A stretch of DNA of 64,000 bases, taken from assembly GCA_030141605.1 (NCBI GenBank), contig JAQGDQ010000115.1, positions 248,001 through 312,000 on the forward strand. Reading direction: 5' to 3'. The notes beneath the pieces were generated by a model, which was not told the DNA's origin, made no database searches, and saw only the letters and a list, made by a program, of their open reading frames with translations. Both the position numbers and the translations under genes were made by a program. Source of the stretch: Tubiluchus corallicola (taxonomy: Eukaryota > Animalia > Priapulida). Positions 53,838 to 64,000 of this stretch are shown here, piece after piece. The first letter of the stretch is position 1. Each line of letters begins with the position of its first letter.

Positions 53838-54288
53838 AGTAGTGAAAATTGAGCATTCGAATCAAATTTGAATCCATAATTCGATTTGAACAATTTTTTT
53901 AGTTCCAATCTGATTTAACTCAAAAAATATAGATGAGAATAATGCAGCACTTCAACCATAGATACATAATTCAATTCGAACAAGTTTTTTAGTTTGAATC
54001 TGATTCGAATCTAAAATTATAGCACTTCAACTACAGATGTTCTTTATCATTAAAAAGTTTGAAACATCTTGCAATCAGCCCAGTTTAGCTGCGATTTCTC
54101 TGCATAACAAGGTATGTGTTTTTAGTACAGAACCAAATCAAGTAATGTGCATGATATTTGGGAGACTGCTTTTTATTAGTGATTCAAAAATCTTTAAAAC
54201 TTAATTCAAATTCGATTTGATTTGATTTGATTTTGAAAGTCACAAATTCGATTCGAATTCACTTTCTGGTAGAGAATGGTCACCCCTA
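53838..54288. mobile_element. MITE-like element with ttcgaat/ttcgat subterminal repeats
   Basis: Ends in tcaccccta; a related end (taggggtgagc) with the same gaatc repeats lies at about 30957. Confidence 0.5.
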
Positions 54289-54330
54289 CTTGAAAGTGCT
54301 TTTGTGACGAAAACAAAAAACGTTACTAAC

Positions 54331-54718
54331 CCATGATCCGGATGCGGAGGCGGCCCATGAGGCATTGGAATCGGTGCTCCTCGTTCCATCCGTTCCAACA
54401 TGGAAGGGCTATGTGCTGGACCCATTTGCGGTATATGCATGGGACTGTGGCCTGGACCTACTGGACCCATAGGACCAGGAATATGTCCACCAGGAACCAT
54501 TGGACCACCAGGAGGCATTGGACCACAATTTATTGGATGACCAGGAGGAAGCGGACCGGGCGTATGAGGCCCCGGGGGTGGGCCTACAGGTGAGTAGGCG
54601 TTCTCCAGTTTGATAGGGTGATCCAGTGTGGATAACACAATTTTCTATGATGTTCTAGTCAACAATTCAGCTTGAATGGAAATTAACACAAAAGAGAATG
54701 CAGATGAAGTAGAAGAAC
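54331..54718 (-). CDS. LDB: LDB alternative Pro/Gly/His-rich N-terminal exon, LDB1-like
   Basis: IKLENAYSPVGPPPG...SPSMLERMERGAPIPMPHGPPPHPDHG; phase-2 donor GG|GTTAGT joins RHTPY in frame; strong acceptor at 54719-54720. The start codon is uncertain (see findings). Confidence 0.8.
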
Positions 54719-55718
54719 CTGTAAAAACAAAATAAAATCAATTAGCCCTGTGCTTAAGATCACAGTTAGTTGATTAACTAATGGATAAAGGTAATAAATA
54801 GATTGCAATGGATAGACAGCAAAGTTAATATTTGCTATAAAAGTCCTGAAAATGTAAATTTTACACAATCAGGGAGGGCATGAAAACTGTCGAAATAAGA
54901 ACAAAAATGCTATATGAAACAAACTTACACAAAACAAAACAAAACAAAAAGCAATACAGTACAATTAATCATCAAATCAGAATGAAAAGGTACAAATTGT
55001 AAGTAAACAATCTAGCCCAGTGTAACTAACTACCAGACTGATAGGCCAATTCACTGCATCCACCTTACTAAATTGTTGTGACTGATGAGGCTTCTTTTCC
55101 ATTCAGAATACTTCTGACAGAATACTACTAAATGTTAGCATCGTTCACACAAAACAATGAAAGGACATAAATTATTTAACATAAAAAATACTCTAAACGT
55201 AAAAACATATAGAACAAGTTCTGTCTTCTACATTAATTATCGTTAATATTAAATAGGTAAACGGCAAAAATAACACCCTCTTATCTATCACTAGGAAGAT
55301 AATATCCCAAACTCTCAATATACGTGTTAACAGTTTAATGCTTTTTGACTAATTCGTCTTTTAAGTGTTCCCGTACGTTCACTTGAAACCAGAATTTTAA
55401 ATTCGACCGGTCGTTAAAAACATTTAGATATAAAAAGAACTCGTAAGAAAAAACACAATTTGCAAATACAGCAACAGGAACATGCAGCCAACCAAGCTCC
55501 TATGAACACACGCTCAAAGTAAGCATGGGCATGGCCCATCTTCCGCTCTTAACCATGATATAGTAACAAGCCAACAAGACTTTGAAGTTAGCACACCTGT
55601 AGGCCGCACCGCCGACAATTGACTCAGTGAGATACTACTTCACGTCAATGCGTACATACTAATTCAAACAGCACTTAGCTCAGCTTTAGTTAGGCACAAA
55701 AATTACTATAACACTTAC

Positions 55719-55731
55719 CTTTCTCATACAT
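55719..55731 (-). CDS. LDB: Distal LDB first exon, coding part MYEK(G)
   Basis: ATG TAT GAG AAA G|GTAAGT: a perfect donor directly downstream of promoter-like motifs. Confidence 0.5.
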
Positions 55732-55789
55732 CACTGCAGCCATTTACATAAATTTTCATTTGCGATGTTCGTGCATCGCCTTTATTTAT

Positions 55790-55891
55790 GCGCGAGGAGG
55801 ATTATGGGTAAGATTAATCGCAGCTGCCCAGAGGCTCAACAAAGCAACTCATTAAAATGAGCGAATTTATGCGTCGCGCGCCATCTGGTGA
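55790..55891 (-). promoter_or_regulatory. Putative distal LDB promoter with ZNF143/Staf-like and CTCF-like motifs
   Basis: Minus strand ttacccataatcctcctcgcg (Staf/ZNF143-like) and tcaccagatggcgc (CTCF core-like, 55878-55891), in a CpG-richer patch. Confidence 0.45.
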
Positions 55892-56271
55892 GAGAATTGA
55901 ATTTCTGTCCTCAACTTGTGTTTCCACAACATTTCTCTAACTAAAATTTCATTTTGTGCATTTTAAATAAAAATACACAGTCTACATCCCTAGTTACAAT
56001 TTACACACATGCCTGTAACATTCATAAGTAGACCTAACCTGTCCAGCTTCTTACATGATAACAGCCGCACTATATAAAATTTTAATCAGTATAATTATAT
56101 CATATGACTGTTCTATTATGTTGTCTTAAGAAACCTCTGCCCTAGCTTTAATTATGTTCTCATAGATTGCAATAGAGATGCTGATACAAGACTAAAACCA
56201 AGCAACTATTTTGCATTTTTGTCTTGGTTACGTTTGAATTTACTTTCACCTCCATAAGACACCAAGTTCCA

Positions 56272-56800
56272 CTATATCATCTTAGGTGCTCCGTTATGCA
56301 ATATAGCACCACTCATAATTTTATGCCATGTTATCCTATCTGCTGCCACATACCAAGTATTCACGTCACTTAAGTCAAGTGAAGTATTTAATAAGTCTTT
56401 CTTTAGAACAATTGATCCTGTTCTTCTAAATATTTGATCAGCGGTCCTCCTCTTGATTTCTTCCCAGGTATTACTACTTGATGTAATGCTATAGTAAGTG
56501 AAGAATCCTGTGATAATGTGATGACATGTGCAATCCATCTAAGCCGATGCTTTTGTATGACTTCACTCCATTCTTTGTTAAATCATGTAGATCCTGATTT
56601 GAAATTTTCTTTGGCCATTTATACCTAGCATCTTTCTGTACAGACGTCTTTGGAAACCATCTATTTTATTATTCTGAGCAACTTTGGCTCTCCACAATTC
56701 AGAATTATACAAGAACACAGGTTCTAATAGTGTAGTTTAGTTTCTGTGGTAAGATTCGGATTTTCAAAATGTTTGTGAACTTCCAGTATAATGCTTTGAC
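56272..56800 (-). mobile_element. Degenerate RTE-like LINE fragment
   Basis: The minus strand gives RLRWIAHVI and LKKDL...AADRITWHKI in broken frames. Confidence 0.55.
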
Positions 56801-58287
56801 CCAAATAATATTGTTTCAAAAATGACCAAAGATGTTTTTCAGTTTAAGCTTAATGTAATTTGCATTCTGCTAAAAATAAAAAAACCAAACAGAATACTTC
56901 TGATTTTTAATTTGACATTTTTATTTGAGTATCCATCAATAACCAGAAGCAGAAGTTATGAAACAGAAACCAGAAAGACATAAAACAGGCAGCAAAGTCA
57001 CAAAAACATCAGCACTGTGATCTTTTGTAAAAATCAAGTAAATTATAAAACTGATCAATGATAACACGAAAATCCATAGATTACACTATGTTCAACTAAT
57101 ACTATATTAGCTAAACGTAATTAATCCACAATAGCAAGCCAACCACAAATGCAAAGTTTAAAAAAAACATGTTACAGACAGTCAAGCATCATTATGACGA
57201 CCAGCTTCGTAATGCCAACATCATTCAACGCCCAAATTTTTGGCAAAACAAAATGTCTATATTTGCATAGACATGCATGTGTTCATGTATAAAGAGGTTT
57301 GACTTAATAAGAAATAAGACAAAAACCACGTTATATGTATTTTTGACAGTAAACCACAAACATATCAACGTTATCATTGGGGTGTTCAAACAAAATTATC
57401 AAGATGCATCAATAATTAATAGTTCAAAGAGCAAAGCTGATGACTACAGTCATTCATTAAAAGAATGACAACGCCGAGTTATTTAAATAAATCAACAAAT
57501 GCTAGAATAATAATTAACATAATGCAAATATGATAATGCACTGTGACCAATTAAACACGTAATAATATAATCACATTGATCACAATAAACACGATCTCGC
57601 CCCAGGTGCAGCAGCTCAACAATTTTTGTTCAAAATCATCAAAACAAAAGCATTAAATCGCATAATAACAGCACAGACATTGTCGCACTAAAAAATATAC
57701 CAAAACCAATTTCCGACCAATTGTTGTACGTGCCATCACCAAAACATTTCATAAAATACCAGTACAAACCTCACATAAATGTTTTTATTAAATAAACCTA
57801 AACCCAGCACATGTTGCTAATATTTTTCAAAATATAATGTGAACAATAACACAATTGACAGAATAGTTAAAAGCAAGTTACATGAGAAATCACACTGCAA
57901 TTACTGATCACCAGCTTCAACGTTGTCATGTCAACATTTTTTTCTGTAGAAACTTCTTCATAACACTGTTAAGCGTTGCCAAACAAAAGTTACCAAAAAT
58001 TATAACAGGCAATTTTTAAGATTTCATCTATCAGGCTAAGAATTTTGTTAAGGGCAAATGAAAAGAGTGCACACTTAGAGATAATTCACCAGAGCAGTTA
58101 TTTTAGCCATTTTTGTTTTTTAGAGAATGTTTTTATGTATCTTACAGAAATGAGTAAAATCGTATATGCTAATGCAAAAAGACATGGAAACTTCCATTAA
58201 CATTTGCACACTGATTGTAAAACTGTATTTATTTTATCATTATTGTAAGATTTAATAAGAAAATACGTGAGCTATTAACCACAGAGA

Positions 58288-61200
58288 TTAACGCTTTACC
58301 GTTACCCATCCTTCATCATCATCATCGGCTGCTGCTCCATCATTCTTGTGACCTAAATCAAAATAAAATACAACTTGACTATTTGTCTGTCTGTCTAACT
58401 GTCTTTGGTCAAGTGTAATGTAATCCTCAGCCACAGGAAATGGAGTGAAAAACATCTTTATTTAGTTGTCACTTTGCCACAAAGCCGCAACTACTGCTCT
58501 TTTTCTGCGCTCAATTGGTATCTGTCTCCTAAAAGCTGATATTATTTGACGTCTTGCATGCCACTTTGTCTATAACGTTGATTACAACACAGTGGGATGT
58601 TTTCACCCCACAGCCAGGAATTGCTGTCGTGTTGATTTTCCCCATTATTTTGCACAGGCAAAAACGAAAAAGCAAACAAATTACAAATATTTTTAGTAAG
58701 TGTTACTTAGCTTTAAAATTTATCATTATTCAGGGAAAAATAGCCGTTAAGAGACCTTCCTTGGAGGCCTAATTAAGTGATATAATGCAACTCGCTAAAT
58801 AAAAACATGCCTTCTGACTATTTTATTCTTACAGTTTTTCATGTCCAAAACTTAATGCGGTTTTTCCTAATACAGGAGAATAGTCAAAGACATGACAGAC
58901 ATAGGTTTTGTGGTCAATGGAAGTTGTGCAGTATTGTTTCTTCTATATTCATCCATGGGGTGCAATTACACCCCATTGACAGTATTATCGTGACCATGAA
59001 ATAATTCTGGTAGCCAATGGTTCATATTACTGAAGTTCAGCAAAGCACTAAAGAATGGATGACTTGTTTTTTTTGAAGTTGCACAAGAGTGAACAAGGAT
59101 ATTAATAGCTGATAAGTTACACTGTAAAATTGATTTAACTTTGTTCATTCTTAGCAATATGGAAGATCACTTGACGGCTCCCTTGTTAGATTTGCAATAC
59201 TGTCATAATTTTAGTGACATTTATTATTATAAACGAAATCCGGCACAATTAAAGTGTGCTTCGGGTGACAAATGATCTATTAGCATCGAATAATCAAGAG
59301 AATTAGTTTGTAAATTTCTTACCAGCATCTTCAAATTTGCCACCCGAATCTCTCCCAACATCTCTGGGTGGGGCTGAAAATGTCAATAAAATTATCAAAT
59401 CATAAAAATATCGTACAACACATCCACATACAACAATATCAAGTTTAGGGTAGGATGGTGGCAGGAGACGTGATAACGCGATTAAGATAGGTAGGTTATT
59501 TAGTCATTACATTGTTATTTGACATTATTTCACGCTTTTTTAATGTTAATATTCCACCAATGACAAATGCCACTAAACATTCAATTGTGCATTTTGGACA
59601 GATAAATGCATAAAATTTCATTGCATTACTGGGCATGTTAAATGTTACAAAATGAATGAGCAAGTGCATAAGCAATTATGAGTAATAACGTGCATGTGCA
59701 TGTATGTGGTTGGTCCACAGTTCTTCAGTATCTTCTTCTACAATTAATTAGCTGTTAGGCTAATTGTTGTAAGAGAAATCTTTCTTAAAGGAAAGGCCAA
59801 GCCTTCTAGGTTATGTTTATTTCAATGTTCACGAAAAGTGCTAGAAGGATTTAGTAATAAAACTGCAATAAGCGCCTCGTGTAACTAGTAAAATCACTTT
59901 AAACTCGCAATTACTTCATGACTGGGTGCTTCCATTTTCAATGCCCATTCTTCTTCCAATGACATCATTCGTCTTGAAGAAAAGAAGTGCATGTTAATTG
60001 TCACCAAAATTATAATAAGTTTTTACAAAAAAAGATAGCTAATTTTGGAATATTTCTGCGTAAACATTAGGTAAGCAGCAGAAGTTTGAATTAGTTTAAG
60101 CAGCGCGCGCTTACGGAAAGACACGATGCACTTATGAAAACTCACGACGTCTCCCAGTTACATCATGATTTTAAAGTGAATGGCGGCAACAACTACGCCT
60201 GAAAATTTCTATTCAGAGGTAGTATATTTTAAATTGATGCTTTATAAGCAGACCTTTGCAAATTTCTTTGTTATATTTTTCTAAATGTGTGATAATAGCA
60301 AAAATAAACCAATACACTAAGTGTCATGTTCTTTCCTTTAATGTGTGAGTATTCAAAATACAGCGATATATCACTAGTATCTCTGATAGGTGATCCTGAC
60401 TAATTGTGTGATATAATGATTTCAAGTATAGGGTAGGTAGGTGGTGGGGCATATGATAACGCCTCATAACGCAAGGTAGGAAGGTCCTCGAAATTTGTCA
60501 AAAACTTGATATCGTGATAATTATTATGTGGATGGGCCCTAAACAGTAAGAGGCATATAAAAACAGTACGGGGGCTGCAATCACTGTAACCGTGTAAATT
60601 GACTTTATTTTAATACCCATAGGAACTTTGAAGAAATCAATTGAAAAAAGTATGAAAAATGCAGGAGCTTGCTTTTTGAATGCTTAAAAAATATTTTTTC
60701 TTTTTTGTTCTCAAGGTGAAAAACAGATCGAAGAACGTACATTACACTACATCACCATTTCACAGTCTAAGTTAATGAATAATTCTGATAATCATAACAG
60801 GCTTACCTCTCCTCCCTATATCTTCTCTGGATCTCTCTCCATCGTCTCTAGGTCGTGGACTGTCTCTCCTCAATCCAGGATCGCCTCCATCTCTATAAGG
60901 ACCTCGATCGTCTCTGGGAGGAAGATCCCTTGGTGGACCATCTTTTCTCCAGTCAGCACCACGACTGTCTCGAGATCTTGGCGGACCTCCTCTCCAGTCG
61001 TCCTCTCTATCGCCGCCTCGTCTCCAAGACCCTTGATCTTCAAAGCCTGCAGAAATCAACAATAATAATCTGTTACATTTTTTAATTAATTCATCCAACC
61101 AAACATACAGTCCTTGAAAAACTATTTCAGAGAAAATGTTCTCACCAAACTTGATAAGCCTTGGTGTGATGCGGAACAAACTTTTGAGATCTCGGGACAA

Positions 61201-63799
61201 ATACCATATACCATAAAATGCCCCTAAATGTGTGTTTGGAACTATAAAAACAACATGAAAAACTTGGAACCTAAAAAACCTTCCACATACGAAGATACAA
61301 TAAACAGTATAACCTTACCAATAAGTGTAGTGTCTTTTGCACAGTCAAGAATTTTGCAAACTAGGAGCCACAGTTCAAAGGCAGGGTCTCTACTAATGTA
61401 GATGGTTACTACAAAAATTCTTAGAAACAAGACCAATCAGATAACAAGTTAACCTGATATACCTCTTCTGGGCACATCACGATCATCAAAACCACGACGA
61501 TCTCTATCATCCGGTCTCCTAAGTCCTCTATCATCATCCAGCCGGCGAGGAGGAGGGGCTCTATCGTCATCAAACCTCCGAGAAGGTGGACCTCTACGAT
61601 CATCGTCATATCTACGTGGTGGTCCTCTATCATCCTCATATCTGCGTGGTTGCCTACCATCATCCACTCTACGAGGACCGCGCTCATCATCAAATCTACG
61701 AGGACCTCTGTCATCTTCAAACCTCCGAGGAGGAAGGCGTCTATCATCATCATATCTACGTGGAGAATCTCTCTCGTCTGGAAACCTTCCACGAGGCGGA
61801 GGGCCCCTCTCATCATCTAATCTACGAGGGGGAGGACCTCTATCGTCATCAAACCGTCGCGGTGGAGGACCTCTATCATCATCTACTCGACGAGGCGGAG
61901 CCCCCCTATCATCATCAAAACGTCGAGGTGGAGGACCCCTATTGTCATCAAACCGTCGCGGTGGAGGACCTCTATCATCATCTAATCGCCGAGGTGGAGG
62001 ACCCCTATCATCATCAAACCGACGAGGCGGAGGACCCCTATCATCATCAAATCGACGAGGCGGAGGACCCCTATCATCATCTAATTGACGAGGCGCAGGA
62101 CCTCTATCATCATTTAATCGACGAGGCAGAGGACTCCTATCATCATCTAAACGACGAGGTGGGGGGCCTCTATCATCATCAAATCGACGAGGCGCAGGAC
62201 CTTTATCATCATCTAATCGACGAGGTGGGGGACCCCTATCATCATCTAAATGACGAGGTGGGGGACCCCTATCATCATCTAATCGACGAGGTGGGGGACC
62301 CCTATCATCATCTAATCGACGAGGTGGGGGACCCCTATCATCATCTAATCGACGAGGTGGGGGACCCCTATCATTGTCTAATCGACGAGGCGGAGGACCC
62401 CTGCTATCGTCCACGCGGTATCCAGGCCGATCAGGTGCAGTACCATCAACTCTCCTACTCCAACTATCATCACGTTCTCGCTCACCATCCACAATCCTTT
62501 CGTTGTCATGTTTGCCTCCTGGACCTCTGTCATCGCCTAGACGACGAGCAAAAGTATCGTCCCTACAATGCAGAAAAAAATGCCAAAAAATACTGAAACA
62601 TATTAATGGTAACTGGCAGCTCTAAAAACATATTAGTATAGGCTAATGAACATCTGCTTATTTTGCAGAAGCCTGAGCAAAAGTCAAAGACTTTAAGAAT
62701 AAAAGTTTTTAATGATGAACAGGATACTTAAGGTATAATAGTTTTTTTAGCGGTTCTATCTTCTTGTAATGTATTAAGCCAGTTTATTAGAATTTACAAT
62801 ATTCCCAGTACCACCTCAGCATTACTGAAAAAAAAACTCTTAAATCTAACACAGTATATATAACACTGTGAGGAATTGACATGAAAAACAGAAAACTTAT
62901 ATGAACTGGTAAGTTGTTAGATCCATATATATAGGAAAAGGAAGCAGAGGCAAGAAAGAATACTTGAAGTAACAGCAATGCATACTATAATTAAACACAT
63001 TTTATTTTTATTCTTACCATTATAATAGTTAGCAATAAAAGAACACACATTTCTACTTTAAAACCAAGATGAAGACAAATTAATATGCAAGATTCTCTGC
63101 CAGCAAATAAGCAATATTTATTTTAGGCGATTATTTAATAAGTAATCTCTGCTCAGAAAAACGAGAACAGAAAACTCGCATTCAAAACTCTCTGCCTGTC
63201 TTCTTACACTTGGTAATCAGAAACTGCCCTGGTTGAAAGCTTTCACATCTTCCTCACACTTTACATATTAATTAATTCATCTGCTAACTTCCAATTTATC
63301 GGTTTTGAAAGCAATTTATTCATTATGGCCAAGAACCCGCGGCAGGTCCCAGGCTTTAAATAATTCACGGGTCGCAGAGGCATTTTAATCTCCACTCCAG
63401 TACACGAAAGCCTCACCCTTGTACGATAACCAGTAGGCGACAACAGACCACCCTATATCTGTTTGTATGTCTACTCTAAGATTCTATTCGCAATTTTATG
63501 ATGCAGAGAAAAACCATCCAACATTATCAAGCTCCAGCCTGCTGTGTGGGTTACTATCTTGTCGATTAAATAACCATACAATCATCAATCCTCTCATCTT
63601 ACAGATGTAAAATCATAAAAATGCCAGTTTTAAATTTGATACAACAATCTTCATGTCAAGGTTTTCCTGTAGCAAGTAAGTAAAAAGCCACGATATGCAC
63701 CTCCTCTCGTAATCATCGTCACGTGGACGTCGCCAACTCTCTTCCTTCTGCTTCTCTCTTTCTCTCCAACCTCCTGCTCTCAATGGACGCCATGGTTCC
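58288..63799 (-). CDS. EIF3A: Eukaryotic translation initiation factor 3 subunit A, 3' portion (gene continues beyond the window)
   Basis: Exons 63799-63701, 62562-61463, 61046-60807, 59373-59323 and 58352-58288 join in frame. GGWREREKQKEESWR motif, DDDRGP repeat domain, and C-terminal DDEGWVTVKR* as in metazoan eIF3a. Confidence 0.9.
59421..60542. mobile_element. Outer MITE-like element hosting family A copy 4
   Basis: catccacata...atatcaagttt (59421-59446) is inverted at aaacttgatat...tatgtggatg (about 60502-60534); gggtagg...tgataacgc motifs on both sides. Confidence 0.5.
59785..60341 (-). mobile_element. MITE family A copy 4, full length with TTAA at both ends
   Basis: TTAA|aggaaaggcc ... 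gttctttcct|TTAA; the reverse complement matches 5240-5428. Confidence 0.8.
61788..62414 (-). repeat. Coding 33-bp tandem repeat (19 x [L/F/V]DDDRGPPPRR) in eIF3a
   Basis: Counted from the translation of ORF 61449-62492. Confidence 0.95.
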
Positions 63800-64000
63800 C
63801 TATTGAATACACTGAACATGTATCTCTCAGAAGAGGAACTGAGACAATTAAGAACTGTAACAATAAAAGCCTCTGAGATTCAGAACAAATATTCTAAAGC
63901 AAGTGTATCAAGAAAATCAACAAAGATCATAATTTGTAATATGATAATTTTATAGCAGAATGGCAATATAACAAAAATGACACTGGTACAACAAAACTAG

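Noticed and set aside
59880-60000. snoRNA in an eIF3a intron
   Set aside because: The sequence is part of MITE family A, which is repeated elsewhere in the window.
61586-62596. 336-aa His/Asp/Tyr-rich ORF on the + strand
   Set aside because: It is the antisense shadow of the eIF3a 33-bp repeat; a stop-free unit repeated many times stays open by construction.
63320-63460. GC-rich structured RNA in an eIF3a intron
   Set aside because: No convincing C/D or H/ACA boxes; it looks like a fragment of an interspersed repeat.

Overview
AT-rich, intron-containing animal genomic DNA, most likely an invertebrate bilaterian (species not determinable by eye); it is not prokaryotic. Four spliced protein-coding genes can be rebuilt exon by exon with GT-AG boundaries and consistent phases: UBLCP1 (+, 489-15031, 9 coding exons), a clarin (+, 18223-20800, 3 exons), a LIM-domain-binding protein gene LDB/Chip (-, about 55731-23751) and the 3' part of eIF3a (-, from beyond the window end down to 58288). 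A truncated class A GPCR ORF is nested in UBLCP1 intron 7. Introns carry many MITEs (TTAA-flanked and hAT-like, some nested), LINE remnants, a tRNA-derived SINE and microsatellites. The most interesting signal is the LDB locus. One gene appears to carry both an LDB1-like and an LDB2-like alternative N-terminal exon, and possibly a third, all splicing in phase 2 onto the shared RHTPY exon. The LDB1-like frame is broken by a single in-frame TAG followed by a CUG in strong Kozak context, and several strong cryptic acceptors would give isoforms lacking the LIM-interaction domain. All comparisons with human proteins and map positions are from memory and need database confirmation.
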